Below are positions 12,800 to 28,900 of a DNA stretch of 64,000 nt, in pieces (the stretch's first letter is position 1; every line of letters begins with the position of its first letter). The stretch is from Octopus vulgaris. Its lineage: Eukaryota. Under the pieces are notes generated by a model. It had not been told where the DNA came from. It made no database searches and was given only the letters and a program-made list of their open reading frames with translations. The position numbers and the translations under genes are program-made. The stretch spans positions 41,540,001 to 41,604,000 of the forward strand of contig OX597814.1 in assembly GCA_951406725.2 (NCBI GenBank), written 5' to 3'.

Positions 12800-13622
12800 A
12801 TGTCTCTGTCCAAGGAAAGTGAGACAGCTGTAGAAATGGAAGCATGTCAAGAAACCAACAGGCTGCGCACTACAAAAGCCAGAGCTTATCAAAATAATGA
12901 ATAGAGGTATGCAAGGCTGACAAAAAAATAGGACCTAAACAGCAGAACGAAAAGTAGTTAAAATAGCTCGGAGAAGCAACCTCTATGAAGGAGCATTTCA
13001 TTATGCAGATGTCACTAGAATTTCCATTGCTGCAATAGCAACTGTGTACATACATTGTAAAGCAAGGACGTGGCCTTGGGCGATACTAGCACTAGTGGAA
13101 GTGTTGAACTCCCATCAATCCCCCAACAAGCAGATACATGAAAGGAACTGCTGTCATCAACTGCGCAAGATTCCAAACATATCCAAGGTCAAATTAGACA
13201 ACAAAAGCTGCGCAACAGATGACAACATTTGGAGCTACATGCGATCTACATGAGCAAGGATTCATGCACACTTTCAAGATCTCAGGTAAGATTTATCATT
13301 ACCTCTCTACAACATCTTCAAATGGATCACCAAAATCGGCCTTTCATCGTTTATAATCTGGACCTGTTTTTTGGTTACGAAATATGTTACACCGATAGTG
13401 TTTTTTAATAACGCGTATTTACTTTATATTCTTACAGGAGTTGGAAACTTACTTTTAACATTTCACTTAACGTCTATATTCCAATCTAGCATGTGTTGGA
13501 GAGTTATTAATATAGAAAAATGTTGTCTTACCTACTAGGAGTGGAGACGTGCGTAATCTAGACGCAGATTTTAAATTTCATTAATCTCTGTAACCCGAAG
13601 AATGCCGGGTAATTCAGAGCGT
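12800..13622 (+). pseudogene. Internally deleted Helitron: RepHel N-terminal relic joined to a Helitron-like 3' end
   Basis: LYEGAFHY...TVYIHCKARTWP...SGSVELPSIP...KELLS...SKHIQGQIRQ...QMTTFGATCDLHEQGFMHTFKISGKIYH, across frameshifts, matches the Helitron motif CxHCxA.KW...F..NIR.YN..FQMTSFGA...TFKVQGQIYH. A hairpin cccgaagaatgccggg sits at ~13594-13609. Confidence 0.7.
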
Positions 13623-14070
13623 ATTTATATATATACTTTACTGGAAGGCGATACTTTGTATTGCATTACTAATATATATATATATATATATATACAGGGA
13701 GAAACATAGAGTGAGAGACATATCTAATATATGTGTGTGCGTGTGAATATAAATGAGAATAAGTCACATATAGATTTACATATATACATGTATACGGAGG
13801 TGTATAAGATATATATGTATATATGTGTGTGTATGTGTGTGTATGTATATATATGTATATATATGTATACATGTAAATATGTTTTATTGTACTTAATTTT
13901 CAAACACACACAGATAAAGTCACACACACATGTATATTTATAAATGAATGTATGTATTTATGTATCCAGAAGTAAAATAATGCGGGAGATTCGATGACAA
14001 ATATTTATCATATCATCATAAATTATATATTCTTTCTATGTCTATATATAAGTGATTGTACGAATGTATA

Positions 14071-14105
<35 letters not shown>

Positions 14106-14546
14106 ATGTATGTGTGCGTGTGCGTGTGTAGAAGGTTTTGAAAAGTAGCACACATGTTGATATATATAAGGAAACTAGGACAAGGTAGAACATGCTAAAA
14201 GAACTGAGATTTGAGTAAAGCATAAAAAATAATTAAAATGTAGACAAATTAAATGAAATGGGTCTTTAAGAATTTACACAATTTTGAAGTATGTGGCACA
14301 TTTTCTTCTCTTTCTCCCTCTCTCTTATTTTTTGGCAAGCATCGGAATGTATGTAGTAGCAGATCTTAAAAAATATTTAATATAGGAAAAAGGAAAATGT
14401 CCCACACATTTCAAAACTATGGAATTATTTTTGCAATACCTTAAGTTTTCCACGATTTAATATGTTTCATGCAAGGAATGGAACATGTACTAAAATGTCA
14501 TCCAGCACTTTCAACCTTGTCCTATGTTTCGTTATCTCTCTCTGCC

Positions 14547-14708
<162 letters not shown>

Positions 14709-14742
14709 CAATAATATATGAATATATGCATATATGTACTTA

Positions 14743-14797
<55 letters not shown>

Positions 14798-14805
14798 GCA
14801 TATAT

Positions 14806-15180
14806 GGTTAGAGGACAACAAAAAAACGTTGAACACAACGAGACACGAAAACATAAAGACTAAAACTAAGGAACCGAACTTTTTTCCGAATAGCGAAAAT
14901 AAGAAACAGAGAAACAAGACATGAAACATAAAGAACAATCCCCTTCATCCTTTGAAGGTAAGGACAATATGCGACTTCCTTGAAACACTCCCTCCCGCAA
15001 AGAAAATCAAATAATCTTTGGGATTTTTGTGGAGGGTGAAAGTGGTAAGAATAACAGGACAGTGAAAAAAAAGACATTAAAAACAAACGAGGAGGGCTGT
15101 TAAGCCAAGAGTATAGAAAACTTATTAGAAACACTTAGAGGACGATCTATAAGAAGAGACAGTTATAAGCACGTCTTGTC
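14806..15180. repeat. Unclassified purine-rich interspersed repeat fragment next to (TA)n
   Basis: Abrupt compositional block after a microsatellite; no coding signal. Confidence 0.3.
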
Positions 15181-15444
15181 TTGAGGAAGGAAACGGACAG
15201 AAATATAGATTATCTTAGCGGAATTATGATATAAATTGTGAAGATAGTCTTTGCAAAATTTAAGTATATGCGATCTGTTGTACCATTCATATGAATATCC
15301 TTCTCTTCTCTCAATTACTAGATCAAATAACGCTTCAAAGAAGAAATAAATCGTTTTTAACATATCTGGTTATCAGTACCAGCCCTGTTTTAGAAATAAG
15401 GGCTTTCTTCATGCTTGTCAAACTTATAATTTCAATATGATAAT

Positions 15445-15579
15445 TGGGAATAAGTTTGATTCTCAACCACATGCTCCCGGGTCCAGCCTCACTGGGCGGG
15501 TCCTTGGACAAGTCAATTCTACTAGAGCCTCGGGCCGACCATAGACTTCTGAGTGTAGATGGAAATTGGAAGAAGCCCG

Positions 15580-15655
<76 letters not shown>

Positions 15656-15905
15656 ATGTATGTAGATAATGTGTGTGTATGTTTGCGTGTGGGTTTGGGA
15701 TTGTACTGCCGCCATCGCTAGAGAACCGATTCTGGTGAGTTTATGTCTCCATAGATTAGCTTTTCGGCAAAAGGTAGATATAGAATAAATACTAGGATTA
15801 AAAAGAATAAGTCCTGGGGGCGATTCCATCTAATAACACCTTTTAAGGCAGTGCTCCAGCATGGCCACAGTTAAATTACTGAAACAAACAAAAGAAAAAA
15901 AGAAT
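15445..15905 (+). mobile_element. tRNA-derived SINE (family A) with internal (TA)n/(TG)n
   Basis: Head ccacatgctcccgggtccagc...gcctcgggccgacc...gaagcccgt; tail ggcagtgctccagcatggccacagttaaattactgaaacaa. Confidence 0.85.
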
Positions 15906-15974
15906 GTGACATATAATGCGTAGTATAATATCTGTTTTATTTCAAATAAGCGATTCTCTAATTTCAATGGCATA

Positions 15975-17866
<1,892 letters not shown>

Positions 17867-18084
17867 ATATATATATATACAATTTAAATATAGAATAAAA
17901 TCTTTATAAGAATTTATCAAGTAGTTAGCGTGAAAAACCTAAGGGAAAAAATTATTTATTATTCCCTATAAATATATTTATTTATATTAAGGGCATTACT
18001 CTACGTAAATGCCTCACGCTAGGAAGGACTCTGAAATTCAAAACTACCATAATGACCACATTGTACCGAACGCGAGGGCAAATG

Positions 18085-18153
<69 letters not shown>

Positions 18154-18399
18154 TATACATATATATACATTTATATATATATATTTGTGTGTGTGTGTTT
18201 GTGTTTCGAAATTACTGAATACGAAAAATGATTAGATTTGAGAGCGAAAAATGCAGATTCATTAAGTTATTCTCGGGAATGGAAAAGCTATTGACGTTTC
18301 TAGGTCACGCTCATCGATAGAAAGTGATGGAAGGGAAAGAGGGAAAATGGTGAGAGACAGTAAAACTGAGATAGATAGAATATGTGCCGAGATTATAAA

Positions 18400-18515
<116 letters not shown>

Positions 18516-18886
18516 TTAGCTAAGCTGGTCTTTTGTATTTTGCTGTTTGTTTCAAGCTTCATTTTCCTATGAGCCGACAGTAATCCGTGCTCTACCTGTT
18601 CTACTCCTTACCTATTTGATTTTTATCCCCCATTCGTTACGTTTTAAGCCATGAGTTGTTTGGTTACCGCCAGCATATCGATATTCCTTTTGAATTTAGA
18701 TATGGGAAGACATATGTTATTTACTATGTTAATAGACAAGTCTTATCATAAATTGTCCATTTCTTGTCAACTCTATTAGACGCGTAAATGTTTGAAGCAT
18801 ATTAACTGCCAACACTCTGTTCCCTGGATCGTAATTTTCTATTGTTACACACGTACGCATTCACACTCATATATACATACACACAC

Positions 18887-19022
18887 AGGTGTCGCTGTGT
18901 AATAAGTAGCTTGCTTAGCAACGTTATTGCTCCCGGTTCATTCCCACTGCATAGCCACTATAGCCTCGGTCTTACCAAATCCTTGTGAGTGGATTTGGTG
19001 GACAGAAACTGAAAAAGGACGT

Positions 19023-19025
<3 letters not shown>
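18887..19025 (+). mobile_element. SINE family A 5' head fragment
   Basis: taagtagcttgcttagcaac...ccggttcattcccactgc...gtgagtggatttggtggacagaaactgaa. Confidence 0.75.
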
Positions 19026-19086
<61 letters not shown>

Positions 19087-19225
19087 TCAATAAATGGTGG
19101 GGTTGTGTTGACCGCACGTGGAGAAATGATAAGTAAGGAAAAAATTTTTTAAAAATGCAGAATGCTCAAATGAAAGAAAATTTTAATAAAATGAGAAAAT
19201 GATAAAATATATAAATATATATATT

Positions 19226-19266
19226 TATTCAACCGGTTTTCGTCAATGTATGACTTGTCAAGAATA
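19226..19266 (-). ncRNA. Minimal hammerhead motif, U3-A8 core variant (left arm)
   Basis: Reverse complement of the 21826-21866 motif, identical. Confidence 0.6.
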
Positions 19267-19900
19267 TTTATGTTTTAAGAATTTTTTTTAAAAATTAGAA
19301 AGGGGAAAAAAAGAAAATTGCAATGTTTTTTGTAAAAGAATAATGATAAAAATGTACAAAAATTAAAAAATAAGTTCTCCGATACATTGTGAGTTCGTTG
19401 TGTATCTTGAGTTTTATGGTTGTTTACCAAAAAATTACCTTGAGGTGTTAAGATCCAAAGGGATTAAGAGCATGTGATGTGTTGTGTTGTTAAATTCAGC
19501 ATGTTGCAGGACAGGAAGTAGTAGTAATTGTGGTCCTGGTTCTTCAGTTCCTGTGTTGTGAGTAAGGGAGACAACTCTTTTGAGTTCTTCAATAAAACCC
19601 AAATTATAAAACTATCATTTTAGCTTCATTTGCATTATCTTTTTTATATAATTGCTTGTTAACTTAACTTTCCGATTTTAACACTTTATTTATATTATTT
19701 TCTAATAATATAAAACTGCATAGACAATTGCATTTCAAATTGTCATATCATTTATAATAAAAATGATAGTAGTAACAACAACAATAGTGAAAATGATATT
19801 TAAAGAATATAAGTTTTAGCTTGAAGTGGTGAATGCATGGTATCTTTATATATTTGTGTTAGTCCATCCATGAAGAGTGAGGTAGAGAAAGGAAGTTTGA

Positions 19901-21000
19901 TCAACGAGGAGTTTGCATATTAAGTTGTGTTTGGAATTTTTCAATAAAGAGATTCTCCTTGTTAATTCTCTCCTGTGTGGTGATCCCGTCTTTACATTGG
20001 TAGAAGGGGAATATATAGAATTTGGGGTTTAAGTCTTTAGCACATGAGTCTAAGTGGTCACTCAGTGGAATTTGTCGGTATTCCGGGAGATTTATTTGTT
20101 CTTTATGCACCGTTACTCGTTTACGTAACGGGAGACTCGTTTGTCCCACATAATTATGTTGGCAACCAGCGCATGTGAGAACGTAGATAAGGTTCTCGGA
20201 GGAACAGGAGAAGTTAGTCTTGATTTTAAACTTCGTACCTTGTTTGAAGGTAAATTCAGAGCCTTCAAGTAGAAAGGGGCAGGTACCACAGTTTGAGCGT
20301 GCACATTTTTTTACTGTTGGGGGTGGATGTGGTGTGTGAAGTTTGGCATTTGTCAAGAGTTTTTTTAAAGATTTGTGTTGCCTTTTGCATTTGAGGATTT
20401 TGTGTGTATTTATAATGTTTTTCATTTTTGGGTCTGTTGACAGTAGACTGAGGTTTTGTATGATTGTGGTGTATGCTTCGATATTTTTGGGGTTGTGGGT
20501 GGAAATGTATGGAAGTATTTTGAGGTTGTGTGTGGTGTTAGGTTGGGTGGTTATCAGTGTAGTGTCGTCTAGTTCTTTGGCGCGTTTTATTCCATACTCT
20601 ATAAGGGTGGAGGGATATTGACGTTGTAATAGTGTTTTTTTGAGGTCTTGAAGGCGTATTTCTCGTGTTTTTGGATCCGAGACAATGGTGCATACCCTTT
20701 TAGCTAAATTGAAAGGGATATTTGTCTTGGTGTGTTTTGGGTGGCATGAACTAAAGAGGAGGTATTGTTGTGAGTCTGTAGGTTTGTGGTAGATGTCTGT
20801 TATGATTTGGTTCTTAGGTGTTTTTATAATTAGGAGATCAAGGAATGGGAGATGATGTTTGCTAAATTCCATAGTGAATTGGATGTTGGGATGTATGTTG
20901 TTTAGTAATGGTTTTGAATTCCAGGAGTTTTTCATAAGGTTCTTTCCATATGATGAAACAATCATCTAAATACCTTTTCCAGTTTTCCATTAGGTAGGTG
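19901..21000 (-). pseudogene. Penelope RT C-terminal half + GIY-YIG endonuclease (one frameshift near 20910)
   Basis: WKRYLDDCFIIW in an alternate frame at ~20950-20983; HPNIQFTME, LPFLDLLI, YHKPT, CxxxxCxxC linker, NLIYVLTCAGCQHNYVGQT...R...H; stop at 19901. Confidence 0.92.
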
Positions 21001-21825
21001 TGAAAAAAGTGTCTAAGTGAGTCTAAGTGAGTGACCACTTAGACTCATGTGCTAAAGACTTAAACCCCAAATTCTATATATTCCCCTTCTACCAATGTAA
21101 AGACGGGATCACCACACAGGAGAGAATTAACAAGGAGAATCTCTTTATTGAAAAATTCCAAACACAACTTAATATGCAAACTCCTCGTTGATCAAACTTC
21201 CTTTCTCTACCTCACTCTTCATGGATGGACTAACACAAATATATAAAGATACCATGCATTCACCACTTCAAGCTAAAACTTATATTCTTTAAATATCATT
21301 TTCACTATTGTTGTTGTTACTACTATCATTTTTATTATAAATGATATGACAATTTGAAATGCAATTGTCTATGCAGTTTTATATTATTAGAAAATAATAT
21401 AAATAAAGTGTTAAAATCGGAAAGTTAAGTTAACAAGCAATTATATAAAAAGATAATGCAAATGAAGCTAAAATGATAGTTTTATAATTTGGGTTTTATT
21501 GAAGAACTCAAAAGAGTTGTCTCCCCTTACTCACAACACAGGAACTGAAGAACCAGGACCACAATTACTACTACTTCCTGTCCTGCAACATGCTGAATTT
21601 AACAACACAACACATCACATGCTCTTAATCCCTTTGGATCTTAACACCTCAAGGTAATTTTTTGGTAAACAACCATAAAACTCAAGATACACAACGAACT
21701 CACAATGTATCGGAGAACTTATTTTTTAATTTTTGTACATTTTTATCATTATTCTTTTACAAAAAACATTGCAATTTTCTTTTTTTCCCCTTTCTAATTT
21801 TAAAAAAAAATTCTTAAAACATAAA

Positions 21826-21866
21826 TATTCTTGACAAGTCATACATTGACGAAAACCGGTTGAATA
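21826..21866 (+). ncRNA. Minimal hammerhead motif, U3-A8 core variant (right arm)
   Basis: tattc-TTGACAA-gtca/tacat/tgac-GAAA-accggt-t-gaata: stem I 5 bp, stem II 4 bp, palindromic stem III. Confidence 0.6.
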
Positions 21867-21961
21867 AATATATATATTTATATATTTTATCATTTTCTCA
21901 TTTTATTAAAATTTTCTTTCATTTGAGCATTCTGCATTTAAAAAAAAATTTTTTCCTTACT

Positions 21962-21996
<35 letters not shown>

Positions 21997-22029
21997 GGGT
22001 GTGTGTGTATGTGTGTGTGTGTGTTTGTG

Positions 22030-22195
22030 TAACCGATACTAAAACGAATGGTTTACTCCTGGTAGCTAACTGGATACTCCTGAACCAGTTGTTGAGTGTC
22101 CAACCCAAGAGGAATCAATGCTAGATATGTCGAAACAATTGTCGTGATTAATACTAAGTTCTTGTATATTCCATCTTCTGTCTTTCATTTGCTAT
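22030..22195 (+). repeat. Short dispersed repeat (likely PLE 3' end with decayed HHR), homologous to 42040-42185
   Basis: Shared ctggat..ctgaa..gagtgtcc..gaggaatc.atgcta...tgtcGAAACaa.tGTCgt.att...tatatt.catctt. Confidence 0.5.
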
Positions 22196-22815
22196 ATATA
22201 TGTATGAGAATTCATAATCAAAGTGTATAAATGCATAGTATAGTGGGAAATTTCTCCTATGTCTATGAATGCTTTTGTTACTTGTGGAACATGGATAAAT
22301 TTATTTTATATTCGTATTAATTTAATTAATTCTCGTACGTTTTCGCTTTAATTTTGTTTGGTAGGTAAGAGTATATTATGTAATTTCATAAGTATATATA
22401 TATCATTTATATTGCGATAAAATTGGCTTAGAGCATAAGAGAAGATAGACTGTATACACCTCTGACATTGTTGTGAAGAATAATATGCTGATGGATATAT
22501 GACGGAAAATTAAATTTTCAAATACAGCACGACAGGTTAAAATTCGTTGAGTATAAAAGCGAGATTAACCTGGAATTAAACGATACTTGATGTGTTTCCA
22601 TATGGGTTATATAATAACAGCTCAATGGGAGAATGAGATGCTTCTGAATTCTGTAACAAGGGCTTTTGTAAGCGTCAGATAATGTAATTATTTCTCAAAT
22701 GATTTTTCAATATTGTCGTATTTTTATACACGAAGGCACGAAAACACAGACGCACGCACACACACACACACTATTTCCCCCTCCTCTCTCTCACATGTAC
22801 ACACATACGCTTGTA

Positions 22816-22878
<63 letters not shown>

Positions 22879-24292
22879 AAACAAGCGCGAATGTAGCTTG
22901 TCTGAAAAAATAAACTAAAATATAAAGAGTATCGGGACAGGATTTCATTATTTTTAGGAAGTATAACACTGGACTAATCTGTTATGTAAAACGAGATTTA
23001 GAATCAAATCATGGTACTGAAGGTGAAAACAATCTGAACCTATTCTAACAGTATGGCTGCTTATCCCTGTGATGCAACCTTGGAGTGTTCGAGTTATTGC
23101 GATGCTCATACAGATTCATTTCTACTTATATATACCGAAACAACACGAAGTTTTGTGAAACTATGATAAATCTCAGTTTTATAACTCGCTAATAAAATAC
23201 TGTTTTGCTCCATGTTTTGCCTTTTACTACTTATCATTTCCATGTTATTATTTTTGGCTGCTTTCAATTAATCAGTATATTCAAAAATCCACACTCAATG
23301 TCAAATGTACACAACCCGGATTCGTAGGTGTTCCCTCTTCCTTATAGCAAATTAATTCAGAATTTCAAATATTAAGAAACGGATTACCCAGTTTAGTATG
23401 TTTCATAGCAAATAATGCTGATTGCTTCAGTGTTTATTTCTCATTATAATTGATAAAATGTATTCACTATTTAAATATTTACTACATTCTCTTAAAATTT
23501 TGAAAGTGTCCAGTAAGCTCTAAGGAGAGATACACACATCATGTTTATAAAGTAAATTTGTAATATATTTCATTGATCATGTCATTGTCGTAGGAAATAT
23601 ATAACGTACAACACATAGAAAGTCAGAGCTGACAATTTAAATATCTACAGATATCTACTTAAACAATTTCCTTTCCAATACTCTTCCTATTTGCAATATC
23701 CGGTGAAACATAACCAACTGAATAACCTGTTGTTGGGTGCATTAAACACTCAATGCTGCTGAATGACTACATCGAAACATTCAATTACGATCATGCACCC
23801 AGTTAATGGAAACAGGACATTTTGTTTTACAATTGTATAGTCATGTTCAAGCGTTTATAGCAGTCATCGTCACCGTGATGCAATTTCTCTTCCTATGAAA
23901 CTTTTTCATTGATCTTTTGCTTCCATCATCATATAATAATAATTGTATTTTTATATGTATATATTTTATGAAAATCAGTCATCTGTAAAGATTTGACCTC
24001 GTGAATAATAATAACCAATAAACATGAATTTCAGTCCATTTCAGATACAAATTGAAGTTTCGTTGTATTACGTAGAGTAAGTGCTTGAACATCGAAATAT
24101 TAACCACATTATAATACGTTGTCAAACATAAATAGCTATTCCTCGCTCATTGACACATATATATGGTAGTGCAAAGCAATAAAGTTTCGCTTGTGTATGC
24201 ATATAGAAAAACATGCTCCCAAAGGAACACGCTGAAATACACGGCACAGATATACTCGCAATTATTAAATACGTATAACTGACATACAAACA

Positions 24293-24366
24293 CGCCCACA
24301 AACATACAAAGATTTTCACGCGTAGACACCGCCCACAAACATACAAAGATTTTCACGCGTAGACAC
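24293..24366. repeat. Perfect 37-bp tandem duplication
   Basis: cgcccacaaacatacaaagattttcacgcgtagacac x2. Confidence 0.9.
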
Positions 24367-24569
24367 ACAAACATACACACACATTTATACACACAAACAT
24401 ATAAGTGTGTTCGTTTGAGTTTGTGTGCATGTGTTTGTATGCGTTAGTGCGTGTATGTGTACATGTGTGTGTGTATGTGTGCGTGTGTGTTTGTACACGT
24501 AGGAATATTATTGTACATATTTACGTCTAATGATTGTGTGTATGTGTGTGTGTGCGTTTGTCCCTCTCA

Positions 24570-25345
24570 CCACCGTCTAACGGTGAATGGATACAATGTC
24601 TTAAATACATATATCCAGTACTATATGTTACGAATACATCGTTCTGGATACACACAGTGCAATAGAATCTGAGTGTACAAAGGAGCTAAAGCAAGATTCG
24701 AACGCATTCTAAGAGATGACGTAACGGTATATGCCCCCTGTGCCGCAGCAAGTTCTGGAATAGATTGGAGAGGGACTCCCCCTCCCCAAAAAAACATTAA
24801 AAACAGTACTTTTTAGGATAACAAGAAGGTTCACAGTGTAATGTTTGTTGACGCTACACCGAAGAACGAATTAGGTAAGGCATTTAAGAAAATCTTGCGC
24901 ACAACTGATCTTAAGTTCAAATTTATAGAAAAGAAAGTTAAGGCTATCAAATCTGTATTAATAATATCATACCCATTTGATAGAATCACGTGTCTGAATA
25001 ATTGTGCAGTATGTTGTACAAACCCACATGTGAACTGCAAAACGCAGAGCACTGTATATCAGGTTAAGTGCCAAGAAGGAGCTTGCGTGACTATCACAGA
25101 GTCATACATTGATGAGACTTCTAGGAGTATCAATGATAGGTTCAAAGAATACTTGTACAACTACACTGCAAAAGAAAAGCAGAAAAAACTCCATCTTCTA
25201 AAAGTATGCTGTAGACTGCCACAAGTGCTCCTTGAGGAAACTTAAGTTAAACATCTTATCTACACATTCCACTGATGCAATACTGAGGCTGTCTGTGTAA
25301 AAGAATACAAACCCACTCTCAACAGTAAATCCAAATTAGGTAACA
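24570..25345 (+). pseudogene. Penelope-like element relic of a different lineage (RT thumb/linker + GIY-YIG)
   Basis: RSGYT...MFVDATPKNELGK...CLNNCAVCC...CKTQSTVYQVKC...YIDETSRSINDRFKEY. Confidence 0.75.
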
Positions 25346-25726
25346 CCCAGTTTCCACTCGGGACTACCACCCCTTTCTTTCATTTACATCTAGAAATCCA
25401 TGCATACATGATGAGATGCATGATATTGAAATACATATGTAGTTATATAGAACCGTATAAGCGTACATAGATTCCCACATATGTACGTATGTGTAAATGT
25501 ATATGTGTTTACGTGTGAATATGTGTTGTGTGTTGTGTATATGAGTGTAGGAGTATGTACATGCATGCACATATAAGCATGCTTGTAGATATACGTATGT
25601 ATTGTATATGTAGATGTGTGCAACAAACAGATTAAAAAAATTAAAAAAGCAAATTTGAATTTTAACCGTTATCCGCGAAAATAGTGATATGGGTATGAAT
25701 AAGTATTTCATTTATATCTCGCTATG

Positions 25727-25785
25727 TGCCGCTGAAGAGGAGAAATTTTCAAGTGAATTAACCCCGAAATTGGACCAATACGGTA
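25727..25785 (+). ncRNA. Type I hammerhead ribozyme motif downstream of the PLE relic
   Basis: tgccg-CTGAAGA(25732-38)-gg...cc-GAAA-ttggaccaaT-A-cggta: stem III ATTG/CAAT, AUA triplet, stem I tgccg/cggta. Confidence 0.65.
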
Positions 25786-25947
25786 ATAACGAATTTTTTA
25801 CAGATTTCTATCGGTTTGTTTCGAGAGGCATAAATTTAATGGTTATCGACAGTTTTTTTTGTTTCGGCATATCTGGCATTAGAATTTTTCTTATGCCCTT
25901 ATCTTGTAAGTTATGTATAAATTTTACCTTTAAAGGCATTTTTTGAT

Positions 25948-26909
<962 letters not shown>

Positions 26910-28739
26910 TCACTGTACACAAATACAAGCAGAAAAATAAACGTAGAATTCATGCAAATTCCATCACAGTTTGAATAACTTCTCTATTGTTGTCAAAGTG
27001 ATAATTATGTTTTATTAATGTGACAAAACTAATGTACAAAGCCCAAAATATTCAAGTTTCGAAACCTTAGTTTTATTTAGGAACTAATATCTTATTTGAA
27101 CTGTAATAAGAATACACGTATCGAGTAATTGGCTATATAAACCTTGCTTGATTGGTGGGGTATTTAAATTCAAGTAAGCGAAATATGCCTACCTAATATT
27201 GCAGAAAGAAATTAATGTGAAAATTTAGACTGTATGTTAAAACGTAAAGATTGAATGAGCTGTATCATAAACCTTGGTTCCACTGTATTTCAAGTTAACT
27301 AAAATGTAGCATAGTGGTAAGTAACCCTAAATGATTGAATCTCCATTTGAAACAAAAACATGTTACCGTTTAATATAATAAGCAAAGAGCTCTTGTAATC
27401 AGAATCGGTTCCGCCAAAAAGCATATAGTGTCTTTAACATTCGTGAAGAAAAATACAAACAGGATAGGATAATAAACTGGCATGACATTATATATTTTAT
27501 AAGGAAATTCCACCAGTCAAGTGGGCATGCTCTGTGTCTTTATTGAACGTGAAAGTAAAAACAAAAATTGATTATGTCGCAGCAATAACATTCTCACAAG
27601 AAACTGAATTAGCGATAAAACATCTGCAGTACATATTCTCAACTTCAGAAACCTTATGCCACATGAGTCAAGTGTTCTAGATAACCAAAAGGCTTAATGC
27701 AATTGCAAGACCTAATGTTCGAAGATCCACAGTAAAGAATTTAACCTCTATTGAGTAACAAAAGTAACGATATCCGTATTACCTTAACGGTATCTCTATA
27801 TGCGATACTGATAAAAGGGGTATCTGTTGATGATAATAGTTCTGAAAAAATATGTACAAAAACGAACATATTAACTATATATATATAGCAAAAGCAAATG
27901 CATAACGGTTACTGATTTATAAAGTATTGCGGTCGATAACATTTCTTCTAACCATGAACAACTTATCGCCCTAGAACATATTTATGTTTTTTTCCCAAAC
28001 CAGAGGTAATTGCTATGTGGATTGACCTTTTGCAAAAGATGATAAAATATCGCTAAATTAATAAGATGGTTACACAGATATGAAGTTAACTAAACTGCAT
28101 CGGCCGAAAACCTGAGAACAGAAACACATTCAATAACAAGCAGCAGAATTTAAAAGCAAATATATTAGGAAATATGTAACCAGAAATTACTGATATAAAA
28201 CTTGAAACTGCTGTATATGAAGTGAAATTATGATGATCCATCCATGACAAATGCATTTGGGGAATTTGCAAAGAAATATATAACTTTAAACTACATTTTA
28301 AAAGCTAATTCCTAATTACAACAACAGTCAAATCATGTTTAGCTATATTTACAGAGAGGTCCTTTTGAAATGTTGAAAACATTAAGAAACAAAAGATTAT
28401 GCGTTTGCCGTGGTAGAATAAAAGCAAACATGTCTACTTTTCTTCTTTTTTTTTCTTCTTCTCACATTTCCCCAACATAGACTGTCTAATGCTATGATTG
28501 TTGGTAATTTCATACACTGAAAATTTTGCCAGCATTATTGGATACTTTTAGGAAATTTATGGTATAAAATTAGTGTAACAAATAACATAAATTTACATAT
28601 GACCAATGACCTTCATGTAGCGGTGAATGTAATTGTACAAAATTATGTTGCCAAATATTATGCGGTAAAGTTGCACCCTAGTATAATAGCATCAGTTCGA
28701 ATGCAGTATAGAGCATTGGAAAATTGTCTTAAAATTTTA

Positions 28740-28900
28740 CATTTTACTCTTTACAGCAAATGAGGTGCGGCCATCTTGGAGGACTACCTGCAAGGAAGCA
28801 GTCAAACAAATCAACACCGATCCATAATTTTATATTTGGTACTTATTCTGTCGGTACTTTTTCCATAAGTTGTTATGGGGGTGGAGCTAAACAAACAATA
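28740..28900 (-). mobile_element. SINE family A tail fragment (old)
   Basis: gcggccatcttggagga...ggtacttattctgtcggt. Confidence 0.55.

Larger units (their letters stand above)
19086..21964 (-). mobile_element. 5'-truncated Penelope-like element with ~936-bp inverted terminal arms (inverted pLTR)
   Basis: 19129-20064 is a near-identical reverse complement of 21028-21964; RT/GIY-YIG coding region in between; HHR motif in each arm. Confidence 0.92.

Noticed and set aside
13281-13290. Strong-looking splice donor ctcag|gtaag
   Set aside because: Falls within Helitron coding remnants (KISGKIYH); no partner exon found.
17880-18085. AT-rich block between TA tracts, loosely similar to ~55660-55790
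   Set aside because: Probably a repeat terminus, but the similarity is too weak and low-complexity to classify.
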